Source of the DNA: Candidatus Eiseniibacteriota bacterium
GTDB taxonomy: Bacteria > Eisenbacteria > RBG-16-71-46 > JABDJR01 > JAWXBZ01
Direction of reading: 5' to 3'
Length of the DNA stretch: 23,672 bases
Assembly: GCA_034440375.1 (NCBI GenBank)
Contig: JAWXBZ010000134.1
Span: forward strand, 1 to 23,672
The notes under the pieces were generated by a model. That model searched no databases. It was not told the DNA's origin and worked only from the letters and a program-made list of their open reading frames with translations. The position numbers were made by a program, and so were the translations under genes. Shown here piece after piece: positions 6,983 through 17,332 of this stretch; the stretch's first letter is position 1, and the number at the start of each line of letters is the position of its first letter.

Positions 6983-8530
6983 ATGACCGTGATGCTGGAC
7001 AGCTCAAACCGTGCGCTCCTTGCGCCGTATGTCACCAACCTCGACGGCCCGGTCTATGCGCTGCAGAACCTCCCCGAGGAGGTCGTGGCCGTCCTGTTCG
7101 CCTATTACAGCCGGAGCCGGGAGAGTCTGCGGGACAATCTTCTCCGGCTGATCAAGGAGGGGGATCTGGCGCTGACCCGGTCGGACAGTCCGGCCACGGA
7201 GTCCGCCAACATCGCCAGCGCCGACTTTCTGGCCCGCGCTGCCGAGAGGGCGCGGGCTTTCCACGAGAAGTGGGTGGTAGGCTACGGACACTCGTCGGTG
7301 GCCGAACATGCCGTGGTTCACCTGGCCATCGAAGAGGTGTCGATCGTGGCCAGCAAGGTCATTGAGGATGCCCGGCTTGCCTCGTACACGGAAAAATCGA
7401 CGCGCTATGTGCCGTTTGATACATCCTGCTATCACACCCCTGTTGCTTACACTGGCTCGACGCCCGCGGCCGGGGCGTGGCACCACGCCATCGATGCGTT
7501 GATGACAACCTACGACGGCTCCATGCCCCGCCTCGTCGATTGGTTCGTGGCCAACCGCGTGCCAAAAGAGGGCCAGAGCGACAAGGCCCACCTGTCGGCC
7601 TGCCGGGCCCAGGCTTGCGATGTCCTCCGCTACCTGCTGCCGGCCGCCACTCACACGAACCTGGGGCTCACGGCCAATGCTCGTGTGCTCGAAGCCATGC
7701 TCTCCCGGCTTTTATCTCACCCGCTGACCGAGGTGCGCGACATCGGTGGGCGCATGAAAACCGAGGCACTGCGCATCGTGCCAACGCTGATCAAGTACGC
7801 GGAACCATCGGTGTATCGAGCCGAAACGTCGGCCGCCATGCGGGAGCGGGCGGCAATGATCTTCGATAGTGCGCCGACGGGTGGCACCGAACTGAAACCC
7901 GCACGACTCGTCCGCTGGGATGACGATGCCGAAGAGCGGGTGGCCGAAGCGATCCTGGCCGGCGTGTCGAACCGCCCGGCGGAGGTCATTCGCGCCGCGG
8001 TGGCCGTCATGACCGCCCCGGCCCGCCGTGAGCTGCTGGCCGATTACGTCTCGCGCCGTGGCCGACACGATCCGCCGCTCCGGGCTCTCGAAGCCACGAC
8101 CATGACCTTTGAGATAGTCGTCGACTACGGTGCCTGGCGAGATCTGCAGCGCCACCGCCTGATGTCGGTGGAGGAGCAGCCGCTCACGCCTCATCTCGGA
8201 TACGAACGGCCGGATGTCCTCACTTCAGCCGGCCTCTCGGACGACTACAACCGGGCAATGGCGGCCGTGGAGGAGTCCTATCCACTTCTTCTGGCCGAAT
8301 CACCCGATGATGCCGCCTATGTCATCCCGCTGGCGTTTCGGAAACGGGCCTTTCTCACCCTCAATCTGCGGGAACTCCACCACATGGTTCAGCTCCGTTC
8401 GGCGCGGCAGGGGCACGCCTCCTACCGCCGGGTCGCCCAGGCAATGCACGCGGAATTTGCACGAATCCAGCCGGTTCTTGCGTCGGACATCCGCGTGGAT
8501 GGGAGTGATTATGACCTCAGCCGGGCCTGA
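6983..8530 (+). CDS. thyX: FAD-dependent thymidylate synthase, long tandem-domain form
   Basis: Motifs GYGHSSVAEH, SYTEKSTRY, DVLRYLLPAA and NARVL in the first half; DYGAWRDLQRHR, AAYVIPLA, NLRELHHMVQLRS and GHASYR in the second half. Start placed at ATG 6983, downstream of the terminator, and uncertain by a few codons. Confidence 0.88.
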   Translation: MTVMLDSSNRALLAPYVTNLDGPVYALQNLPEEVVAVLFAYYSRSRESLRDNLLRLIKEGDLALTRSDSPATESANIASADFLARAAERARAFHEKWVVGYGHSSVAEHAVVHLAIEEVSIVASKVIEDARLASYTEKSTRYVPFDTSCYHTPVAYTGSTPAAGAWHHAIDALMTTYDGSMPRLVDWFVANRVPKEGQSDKAHLSACRAQACDVLRYLLPAATHTNLGLTANARVLEAMLSRLLSHPLTEVRDIGGRMKTEALRIVPTLIKYAEPSVYRAETSAAMRERAAMIFDSAPTGGTELKPARLVRWDDDAEERVAEAILAGVSNRPAEVIRAAVAVMTAPARRELLADYVSRRGRHDPPLRALEATTMTFEIVVDYGAWRDLQRHRLMSVEEQPLTPHLGYERPDVLTSAGLSDDYNRAMAAVEESYPLLLAESPDDAAYVIPLAFRKRAFLTLNLRELHHMVQLRSARQGHASYRRVAQAMHAEFARIQPVLASDIRVDGSDYDLSRA

Positions 8531-8581
8531 CCGAATCGGCTCCGTCGCCCGGAAGTCACGGTTCCTCCTGAAAATTGACGG

Positions 8582-8611
8582 TTGACAGTGTTCGGTTCGG
8601 CTGATTAGGAT
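8582..8611 (+). promoter_or_regulatory. Sigma-70 promoter of rho
   Basis: TTGACA-N18-TAGGAT in the thyX-rho intergenic region. Confidence 0.72.
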
Positions 8612-8773
8612 TGCTCCACCAGTCACGAGAACACGGTTTGCTTCGTTCTCGCCAACCCCCGTTCATTCACGCGCCGGCTCCCAGGTTTAAGGCCCAAATC
8701 ATCGCTCGCAATACACAGTCGCGGGCCGGGCCGGTCGCTCAACAAGGTTCATCCACTCACGAGGTTCATTCCG

Positions 8774-10159
<1,386 letters not shown>

Positions 10160-10271
10160 GAACGCCGAGGTTCGCGTGAGCGAACCGAGGGCGGGAAGCG
10201 GCCGGGTGGTCCGGCAAGTCAAGCACTGACCACAGCTTACCCCCCGTCATCGGTTTTACCACCAGCCCCCA

Positions 10272-10280
10272 TGCTATAGT
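10272..10280 (+). promoter_or_regulatory. Extended -10 promoter candidate for rpmE
   Basis: TGCTATAGT (TGn-TATAGT) about 110 nt upstream of the rpmE start. Confidence 0.55.
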
Positions 10281-10389
10281 TCCCGCCCCATCTGCCGGCA
10301 GGGTTTGCCCCACCGGCCCCGGAGCCGGCCCGACCTCGAACGAGCTCGAGTGGCCCCGGACCCAAGGAAATGAAGGAGCAGGTAACACC

Positions 10390-10635
10390 ATGAAAGAAGG
10401 CATTCACCCCGCGTATCACGACACCACCATCACCTGCGTCTGCGGCAACATCTTCCAGACCCGGTCGACCAAGAAAGACTTCCACGTCGAAATCTGCAAC
10501 GCCTGCCACCCCTTTTTCACCGGCAAGCAAAAGCTGATCGACACCGCCGGCAGCATCGACAAATTTAACAAGCGCTACGGCAAGAAGACCGTGGTTGAGC
10601 CGGTTGTCGAGCCTGCTGCCGCGCCATCCAGCTAG
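10390..10635 (+). CDS. rpmE: 50S ribosomal protein L31, Zn-binding (C+) type
   Basis: [42 protein letters not shown], with AAGGAG upstream. Confidence 0.98.
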   Translation: MKEGIHPAYHDTTITCVCGNIFQTRSTKKDFHVEICNACHPFFTGKQKLIDTAGSIDKFNKRYGKKTVVEPVVEPAAAPSS

Positions 10636-10675
10636 CTGCTGCAGTCGATCCGTCGGGAATCACCGATGGATCAGT

Positions 10676-10710
10676 GCCGCCCGCCTCTTTTGAGCGGGCG
10701 GTTTTATTTT
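10676..10710 (+). terminator. Intrinsic terminator between rpmE and prfA
   Basis: GC stem CCGCCCGC(C)TC / GAGCGGGCGG followed by TTTTATTTT. A hairpin precedes it at 10647-10672. Confidence 0.8.
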
Positions 10711-10758
10711 GGGCTGGATCCCAGTCGTTGACCTACTGATGATCATGAAGGAACCCGC

Positions 10759-11868
10759 ATGAGCTCCACCAACTACCACGAAGCCCTCGATCGCTATCGC
10801 GAAAGGGTGGCGGCGCTCGATCAGCGGATGTCGGATCCGGCGGTGCTGGCCAATCCGTCCGATATCCGGAAGGTGGGCAAGGAGCGGAGCGAGGCGGCGG
10901 ATATTCTTGTCGTTCTCGAGGATCTGGTCCGTGTTCAAACAAGTGTCGATGAAGCCAACGAAATTTTGAATGGCTCGCGGGATCCCGATCTGATGGAGCT
11001 GGCGCGGGCCGAAGCGGCTGATGGACTGGCGCGGCTTGTTGATCTGCAGAAACGGGCCGATGACTTTCTTTTTCCGCGCGATCCGAACGATGCCAAGGAT
11101 GTCATCGTGGAAATTCGGGCCGGGACGGGGGGGGAGGAGGCGGCGCTGTTTGCTTCCGAGCTATACCGGATGTACAGCCGGTGGGCGGAGCGGCAGGGGT
11201 GGACCATCAACGTGCTGAATCTCAGTGAGACGGGGATCGGGGGGCTGAAGGAAGTGATCTTTGGCCTGGCGGGGCGTGGGGTGTACGGGCGCATGAAATA
11301 CGAGAGCGGCGTTCATCGCGTGCAGCGGGTGCCGGCCACCGAGGGGTCCGGCCGGATTCACACATCCGCGGTGACGCTGGCGGTCATGCCGGAAGCCGAA
11401 GACGTTGATATTTCGATCGAGGAGAAGGACTTGCGGGTCGACGTCTATCGTTCGTCCGGTCCCGGCGGGCAGGGGGTCAACACAACCGACTCGGCCGTCC
11501 GCATCACTCACATCCCGACCAACACGGTCGTCACCTGCCAGGACGGGCGGAGTCAGATCAAGAACAAGGCGCAGGCGATGATCATCCTCCGCAGCCGGCT
11601 GCTCGATGTGAAGATCCAGGAGCACGACAGGGCCATGGCGGCCCAGCGGAAGAGTCAGGTTTCGAGCGGCGATCGGAGTGCCAAGATCCGCACCTACAAC
11701 TTTCCACAGGGGCGGTTCACCGACCACCGGATCGGCCTCACGCTGTACAACCTGCGCAATATCATGGAAGGCGATCTGGACGGGGTCGTCGATGCCCTGG
11801 TGGCCGCGGACATCGAGCGGCGCCTCGGCGATGGTCCAGTCGGCGACAGCCCGGACGACGACGAGTAG
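10759..11868 (+). CDS. prfA: Peptide chain release factor 1
   Basis: EIRAGTGGEEAALF, ESGVHRVQRVPATE (PxT tripeptide of RF1), SSGPGGQGVN, RSAKIRTYNFPQGR. Lies next to prmC. Confidence 0.98.
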   Translation: MSSTNYHEALDRYRERVAALDQRMSDPAVLANPSDIRKVGKERSEAADILVVLEDLVRVQTSVDEANEILNGSRDPDLMELARAEAADGLARLVDLQKRADDFLFPRDPNDAKDVIVEIRAGTGGEEAALFASELYRMYSRWAERQGWTINVLNLSETGIGGLKEVIFGLAGRGVYGRMKYESGVHRVQRVPATEGSGRIHTSAVTLAVMPEAEDVDISIEEKDLRVDVYRSSGPGGQGVNTTDSAVRITHIPTNTVVTCQDGRSQIKNKAQAMIILRSRLLDVKIQEHDRAMAAQRKSQVSSGDRSAKIRTYNFPQGRFTDHRIGLTLYNLRNIMEGDLDGVVDALVAADIERRLGDGPVGDSPDDDE

Positions 11869-11870
11869 TC

Positions 11871-12758
11871 GTGATGACGGAGTCGTGGACGGTGGGCCGA
11901 TGGCTGGCCGATGCCTCGCGGCGCCTGCTCGCTGAAAGTCCTGAAGGCCCGCGGGAGGCCCGACTCCTGGTGCTCGCGGTGCTGGCGCTGCCACCCGCCG
12001 CGGTGCTGGCCAACCCCGATCGCGAACTCTCCGAGGAGCAGTTCACCCGGCTTGAAGAGATGGTCGGTGAGCGGCTGCGGGGAACACCGCTTCAGCATCT
12101 GACCGGCCAGGCGCCGTTTCGACATCTCGAATTGTCGGTTGGCCCGGGCGTGTTCGTGCCGCGGCCGGAAACCGAGGGGCTGGTCGATATGGTGCTTTCG
12201 CACCTGCGACGCGGCGCCGCGGGCCTTGTGCCGCGTGTCCTGGAACTGTGCGCCGGCACGGGGGCCATCGGCCTGTCGTTGATCCGCGAGGCGCCCCCCA
12301 CCGAGGTTGCGGCCATCGAACTCTCCGAACTGGCGCTGGCGTGTGCCCGTGGAAATGCGCGTCGCCTGCTCACACCGGAGGAATCGCCTCGATACGTCCT
12401 GTACCCGGGCGATCTCTACGCGCCACTCTCCGGACGGCAGATGCCGAATTCGTTCGATGTCGTCGTCGCGAATCCGCCCTACATTCCGGATGGGATGTGG
12501 GGCACGTTGCCGCGCGAGGTGCGGGTGCATGAATCGCCATTGGCACTTCTTGGCGGGCCCGATGGCACGTCGGTTGTGGCTCGGATTTCGGCGGGGGCGC
12601 CATCGTGGCTTCGGCGCGGGGGGCTCCTGGCGATGGAAATTGATGAGAGTCATGGGGGGCGGGTGTGCAAACTGCTTGGCGATGATGGCTACGTGGATGT
12701 CCGGATTGAGGATGATTTGACGGAGCGGCCTCGCTACGCGTTGGCGAGGGTGCGGTAG
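11871..12758 (+). CDS. prmC: Release factor glutamine methyltransferase
   Basis: PLQHLTG, VFVPRPETE, SAM motif LELCAGTGAI, NPPY, ALLGGPDG. Directly follows prfA. Confidence 0.96.
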   Translation: MMTESWTVGRWLADASRRLLAESPEGPREARLLVLAVLALPPAAVLANPDRELSEEQFTRLEEMVGERLRGTPLQHLTGQAPFRHLELSVGPGVFVPRPETEGLVDMVLSHLRRGAAGLVPRVLELCAGTGAIGLSLIREAPPTEVAAIELSELALACARGNARRLLTPEESPRYVLYPGDLYAPLSGRQMPNSFDVVVANPPYIPDGMWGTLPREVRVHESPLALLGGPDGTSVVARISAGAPSWLRRGGLLAMEIDESHGGRVCKLLGDDGYVDVRIEDDLTERPRYALARVR

Positions 12759-12845
12759 CTTCACTAAATAATTGTTAAATTATTGCAATTTAGATAGTTA
12801 TAAGATTTTAATACTCGTGGGTAAAATACGGCGTAAATTACCCAC

Positions 12846-13087
12846 ATGTATGAACGGCTGGTGGCTTCCGAATTGAGAGAGGGGAAGAAGAGCCTTCTGC
12901 TTCTTGGACCGCGGCAGGTCGGGAAGTCGACGCTGCTTCGATCCCTGAAGCCGGATACGGTCCTCAATCTGGCCGATCCGGAGCTGTTTCGAGCCTTCGT
13001 GGCCCGGCCGGAGCGATTGCGCTCGGAAGAGCCGAGGGAGTGGAGATCCTGCCGGTCGAGGACTTTCTTCGATCCTTGGGGCGGTGA
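12846..13087 (+). pseudogene. Internally deleted remnant of an AAA_14/DUF4143-type ATPase gene
   Basis: N-terminus MYERL..KKSLLLLGPRQVGKSTLL (Walker A) loses family character after about 58 codons. A different frame at 13037-13087 reads GVEILPVEDFLRSLGR*, resembling the extreme C-terminus of that family. Confidence 0.72.
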
Positions 13088-13099
13088 GCTGTTTTTGCC

Positions 13100-14347
13100 C
13101 TACGCGCTGGCTGCCATCCGCCGGCGGTAACGTCCGCCGATCGTCGCCACGGTGGCGATGGCTCGCCTCAGGATGCGTCGGCGGACGGGGCGACGGAGCA
13201 GACGTCGGTACAGTTCGAGCAGGCGCTCGGCCTGGTAGCGGCTGCTCCACTGCGCCGCGGCTTCTCGACCGAGGCGGGAGTATTCCCGGCGCTGGTCGTC
13301 GTTCGACAGCAGCTGTCGAATTGCCTGGAGAAATTTCGCCGGGTTCGGCTCGGTTAAAATGCCGCCGTTTGCGGGCTTCACGATGTCGCGGACGCCGGGG
13401 CCATGCATCGCCACCACCGGTAAACCGGCCGAAAGCGCCTCGGCCACGACCAGCCCCTGCGTTTCGGTCTGTGAGGCGAAGAGGAAGAGGTCGGAGGCCG
13501 CGTACCATCGCCATACTTCCTCATGCGGAAGGCCGCCGACGAAACGGACGATGTCGCACAGGCCAAGGCGGGTCACCTGCTCCTCGAGCGTGGCGCGATA
13601 GGGTCCTTCGCCGACCAGCGCCAGCCGGGCCGTCGGGTGTTCGCGCCGGATGACGGTTACCGCATCGAGGACGATGTCGATGCTTTTCTCGAGGGCCAGT
13701 CGGCCAACGAAGAGAAATTGTCTTGTGTTTGCCGCGATGCCAAGCTGGCGGCGCGCCTCCTCACGCGATTCGAGATTGTCCGGTACCCGCAGCCCCGTGG
13801 GGATGACTTCGATTCGCGCGTTGATCCGGTACGAGCGGAGCACTTCGATGAACTCCGACGAGGGCACGACGATGGCGCGGCAACGGTTGCAGTAAAGGCG
13901 GCTGTACTGCACCACGAAGGCGCGGCCGAAATCCTCGCCAACCTTGAGGTAGTGGGCATACTCGGCGAAGAAGGTGTGATAGGTGTGCACCAGCGGCCGG
14001 CGGGTCATCCGGGCCAGGGCCGCGCCCCAGAGGCCGAGGCCGAACGGCGTCTGGGTATGGATGATGTCGAACCGGGAGCGGGTGAACTTGAGAAGCAGGG
14101 AGCGCGGAAAGGGCAGCGCCACGCGGCAGTTCGGTTCGGTCGGAAAGGGCACGGAGGCAACGCGGGTGATGCCCGGTTCAGCGGGCAGGCCCGGTGCGGC
14201 CGGAGCAAAGACATGGACCTGGTGACCCAGGTCGATCAGCTCCTGGCGAAAGGTGGCGGTCGAGGTGACCACCCCATTGTGGCTCGGATGCCAGGTGTCG
14301 GTGAAGAAGGCGATCTTCAGCGAGGCCCGGTTGGCGGGGCGCTCCAT
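13100..14347 (-). CDS. Glycosyltransferase family 4 (diacylglycerol glucosyltransferase-like)
   Basis: LKIAFFTDTWHPSHNGVVTS, DIIHTQTPF, VHTYHT, FVGRLALEK, and the GT-B E-x7-E motif ETQGLVVAE. Confidence 0.92.
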   Translation of the reverse strand: MERPANRASLKIAFFTDTWHPSHNGVVTSTATFRQELIDLGHQVHVFAPAAPGLPAEPGITRVASVPFPTEPNCRVALPFPRSLLLKFTRSRFDIIHTQTPFGLGLWGAALARMTRRPLVHTYHTFFAEYAHYLKVGEDFGRAFVVQYSRLYCNRCRAIVVPSSEFIEVLRSYRINARIEVIPTGLRVPDNLESREEARRQLGIAANTRQFLFVGRLALEKSIDIVLDAVTVIRREHPTARLALVGEGPYRATLEEQVTRLGLCDIVRFVGGLPHEEVWRWYAASDLFLFASQTETQGLVVAEALSAGLPVVAMHGPGVRDIVKPANGGILTEPNPAKFLQAIRQLLSNDDQRREYSRLGREAAAQWSSRYQAERLLELYRRLLRRPVRRRILRRAIATVATIGGRYRRRMAASA

Positions 14348-14391
14348 CGGAGGCTGATTCTAGCAGGAGCACCCCGCCAGGGGTCTATCGA

Positions 14392-15921
14392 CTAGAAAAC
14401 GATGAACAGGTAGTTGTCGTCACGCAGAATGCGCAGTACCGGGGCCCCGCCGGCCTTCTTGACCTCGTTTCGGAACTCATCGGCACTCTGGACCGGATTC
14501 TTGTTGACCTCGAGAATGACGTCGTCAGGGCGGAGCCCGGCCTGGGCGGCCGCACTGTTTGGCCCGATGCCGGTGACCAGCACGCCGCGCCGCTCCTTGA
14601 TCTCCAGTTCGCGGGCCTTGTCGGTGGTCAGGGTGGCAACAGATAAGCCCAGCTCGCGGTCGACCTGCGGGGTGTCGGACTCCTCTTCCTCGGCTTCCGG
14701 GGTCCCCCGGCCGGTATTTTCGGCCAGGTTGCTCGGCAGCTCGTCCAGTTTGACGCTGACGTCAAGCGTCGATCGATCGCGCAGGAGTGAGAGCTCGACG
14801 CTCGTGCCGGGTTTGGTAGTCGCGACCCGGTTGCGCAGGTCGGCGATGTCATCCACCGGGTGGCCGTCGAGCTTGGTGATGACGTCGTTGCTCCTGATCC
14901 CGGCGCGGTCGGCCGGGCTTCCTTCCGTAACGCCGGATACCACGACGCCGGTGGCATCCTTCGGGAGTCCAAGTCCCCTGGCGATTTTTTCGTCCACGTT
15001 GGCGATGTTCACGCCAATCCAGCCACGGGTGACTTTGCCGTCCTCGATCAGACTCTTCATGATGTAGCGGGCCATGTTGATTGGAATCGAGAACCCGACA
15101 CCGTTCGAGCCACCGGTCTGGGTGGCGATGGCCGTATTGATCCCGACCATCTCACCCCTCAGGTTGATGAGGGCGCCTCCCGAGTTGCCACGATTGATGG
15201 CCGCGTCGGTCTGGATGAAGTCTTCGTAGTCGGTGACGCCGACGTTACTGCGCCCCTTGGCGCTGACAATGCCGACCGTGATGCTGCGCTCGAGTCCGAA
15301 CGGGGCGCCGCAGGCGACGACCCATTCGCCGATCTTGACGTTGTCCGAGTTGCCGAAGGGAAGGGCCGGCATGTTGGTTCGGTCGACCTTCAATACCGCC
15401 AGGTCGGAACGGGGGTCGGTGCCGACGATGGTGGCATCCAGCAGCGTGTGGCGATCGAGGCGTACCTGAACCTTGTCGGCCTCGTTGACCACATGGTTGT
15501 TCGTCAGGATGTAGCCGTCGGCGCTCACGATGACGCCGGAGCCAAGGCCCCGGACTTCCTCGTCCTTCGGCTGATCGCCGTCCTGGAACGGGTTGCCGAA
15601 AAAGCGGCGCATGAATGGATCAGTGCCGCCGAACGGGAGGGGGGTCGACGCATTCTGAATTGTCCGCGAACTCGTGATGACCACGATCGAAGGCATCACG
15701 AGTTCGGCAACGTTCGAAAAGGTGGTCGTGGTCAGCGGGATTCCTGGATCGCCGCCCACCGGGAAATTGACCGCTTCGACCTGGGCCCCGATAGGGCTCG
15801 CCGTGGCGCTCGTTCCGGGAGACACCTTGCCGCCCATCTCGCCGAAAAGGAAGAGGCCGACAAAGGCGCCGAGAAATGCTGAAAGCGCCGCAACACCCAT
15901 TAACTCCCTGCGTTTGATCAT
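14392..15921 (-). CDS. HtrA/DegP-DegQ family serine protease with two PDZ domains
   Basis: N-terminal TM/signal segment. Catalytic triad motifs TNNHVV, DLAVLK and INRGNSGG, plus IQTDAAI. Two PDZ domains (GSPADRAGI, NSAAAQAGLRPDDVILEVN). Confidence 0.96.
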   Translation of the reverse strand: MIKRRELMGVAALSAFLGAFVGLFLFGEMGGKVSPGTSATASPIGAQVEAVNFPVGGDPGIPLTTTTFSNVAELVMPSIVVITSSRTIQNASTPLPFGGTDPFMRRFFGNPFQDGDQPKDEEVRGLGSGVIVSADGYILTNNHVVNEADKVQVRLDRHTLLDATIVGTDPRSDLAVLKVDRTNMPALPFGNSDNVKIGEWVVACGAPFGLERSITVGIVSAKGRSNVGVTDYEDFIQTDAAINRGNSGGALINLRGEMVGINTAIATQTGGSNGVGFSIPINMARYIMKSLIEDGKVTRGWIGVNIANVDEKIARGLGLPKDATGVVVSGVTEGSPADRAGIRSNDVITKLDGHPVDDIADLRNRVATTKPGTSVELSLLRDRSTLDVSVKLDELPSNLAENTGRGTPEAEEEESDTPQVDRELGLSVATLTTDKARELEIKERRGVLVTGIGPNSAAAQAGLRPDDVILEVNKNPVQSADEFRNEVKKAGGAPVLRILRDDNYLFIVF

Positions 15922-16020
15922 GTTTGGACTCCGTTGAACCGGTGGGACCGGCCGTCATTGAGGATCGCGCCATTCCCCGCCCCGATGGCGGCGGCGCCTG
16001 ACGTGGCGCGACATTGAGCA

Positions 16021-16029
16021 TGTTACACT
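16021..16029 (+). promoter_or_regulatory. Extended -10 promoter candidate for murA operon
   Basis: TGTTACACT (TGn-TACACT) 35-40 nt upstream of the murA start. Confidence 0.5.
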
Positions 16030-16063
16030 GCGCGCCTCGGACTGGTTTCACAACATCTCCTGG

Positions 16064-17332
16064 ATGAACATGGACAAGATTGTCGTCCGCGGTGGCCGCC
16101 CCCTCGAAGGGACGATTGACGCCGCCGGGTCAAAAAACGCGGCTCTCCCAATCCTGACGGCCGCCATTCTGGCGCCCGGCGCCTACCGATTCACCAACGT
16201 CCCCCTCCTGCGGGACGTGACCACGATGGCCCGACTCCTCGAAACGCTCGGCGCCCGGTTTCATCAGGAGGGGCACGAACTTCATCTCGATACGACCGGG
16301 GTGGAGTCGATCGAGGCTCCCTACGACCTGGTTAAGACGATGCGGGCCTCTGTTTATGTTTTAGGTCCATTGCTGGCCCGGTTCGGTTCAGCCCGAGTTT
16401 CCCTCCCAGGTGGCTGCGCCTGGGGGCCCCGCCCGATCGACCTCCATTTAATGGGGATGAAGGCCCTGGGGGCCGAGGTGACCCTGGAGGAAGGATATGT
16501 CGTAGCTCATGCGGAAAAGTTGACGGGTGCGGATATCGACCTCGGAATTGCCTCGGTCGGCGCCACCGGCAATATCCTGATGGCGGCCGTGTCCGCCCGG
16601 GGCACGACGCGGATCCGCAACGCCGCCCGCGAGCCGGAAATCCCCGCCCTGGCCGAGTTTCTGAATGCCATGGGGGCCCGGATCAGCGGAGCCGGTACCG
16701 GTGAGATCGTGATCGAGGGGGGGGCGCCCCTGAAACCGGCTCCAGCCCGGATCATCCCGGACCGCATCGAGGTCGGGACCTACCTGATAGCCGGGGCCAT
16801 GACCGGAGGCGATGTCACGCTGACCGGCTGCCGGGTCGACCACATTGCCGCCCTCCTGGGCCGCCTCGTCGAGATAGGCGCCCGAATCGAGGAGCGGGAC
16901 GGAAACATCCGGGTCCGCGGCCCCGCGCGGGTCGGAGCGTTCGTGCTCAAGACCGATTACTACCCGGGTTTTCCGACCGACCTGCAGGCTCAGATGATGG
17001 CCATGGCCGCCGTGGCATCCGGACGAAGCGTCCTGACCGATACGGTCTACACCGATCGCTTCACGCATGTGGCCGAGCTTCAGCGGCTCGGCGCCGACAT
17101 CCAGATGGAAGGGAACATGGCGGTCATCAACGGGATCGAACGGCTCTCCGGCGCACAGGTCATGGCCACGGATCTCCGTGCCTCCGCCGCGCTCATCCTG
17201 GCCGGACTCGTGGCCGAGGGCGAGACGCATGTCTCCCGGGTCTATCACATCGACCGGGGCTACGAACGGATCGAAGAGCGGCTGACGAAGCTGGGCGCGG
17301 ACATCCGCCGCGAAACCGAATCAGGGCCGTGA
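16064..17332 (+). CDS. murA: UDP-N-acetylglucosamine 1-carboxyvinyltransferase
   Basis: GSKNAALP, APYDLVKTMRAS, LPGGCAWGPRP (active-site Cys present), NAAREPE, PGFPTDLQAQ, ATDLRASAAL, HIDRGYE. Start is 16064 or 16070. Confidence 0.99.
   Translation: MNMDKIVVRGGRPLEGTIDAAGSKNAALPILTAAILAPGAYRFTNVPLLRDVTTMARLLETLGARFHQEGHELHLDTTGVESIEAPYDLVKTMRASVYVLGPLLARFGSARVSLPGGCAWGPRPIDLHLMGMKALGAEVTLEEGYVVAHAEKLTGADIDLGIASVGATGNILMAAVSARGTTRIRNAAREPEIPALAEFLNAMGARISGAGTGEIVIEGGAPLKPAPARIIPDRIEVGTYLIAGAMTGGDVTLTGCRVDHIAALLGRLVEIGARIEERDGNIRVRGPARVGAFVLKTDYYPGFPTDLQAQMMAMAAVASGRSVLTDTVYTDRFTHVAELQRLGADIQMEGNMAVINGIERLSGAQVMATDLRASAALILAGLVAEGETHVSRVYHIDRGYERIEERLTKLGADIRRETESGP

Noticed and set aside
10160-10260. 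Hairpins after rho (GGTTCGC-GTGA-GCGAACC) as a tRNA or ncRNA
   Set aside because: There is no cloverleaf or conserved T/D-loop motif and no U tract. At most it is a 3' stabilising stem.
12764-12967. 67-aa minus-strand ORF over the AT-rich patch
   Set aside because: It is antisense to the Walker A fragment and shows no RBS or motif.
15999-16027. Fourth TGTAAC (minus strand) upstream of htrA as a member of the CBM48-ECF regulon
   Set aside because: The spacing to GTC is 19 nt and the preceding G of GGTC is missing. The hexamer is also explained as the complement of the murA -10 element.
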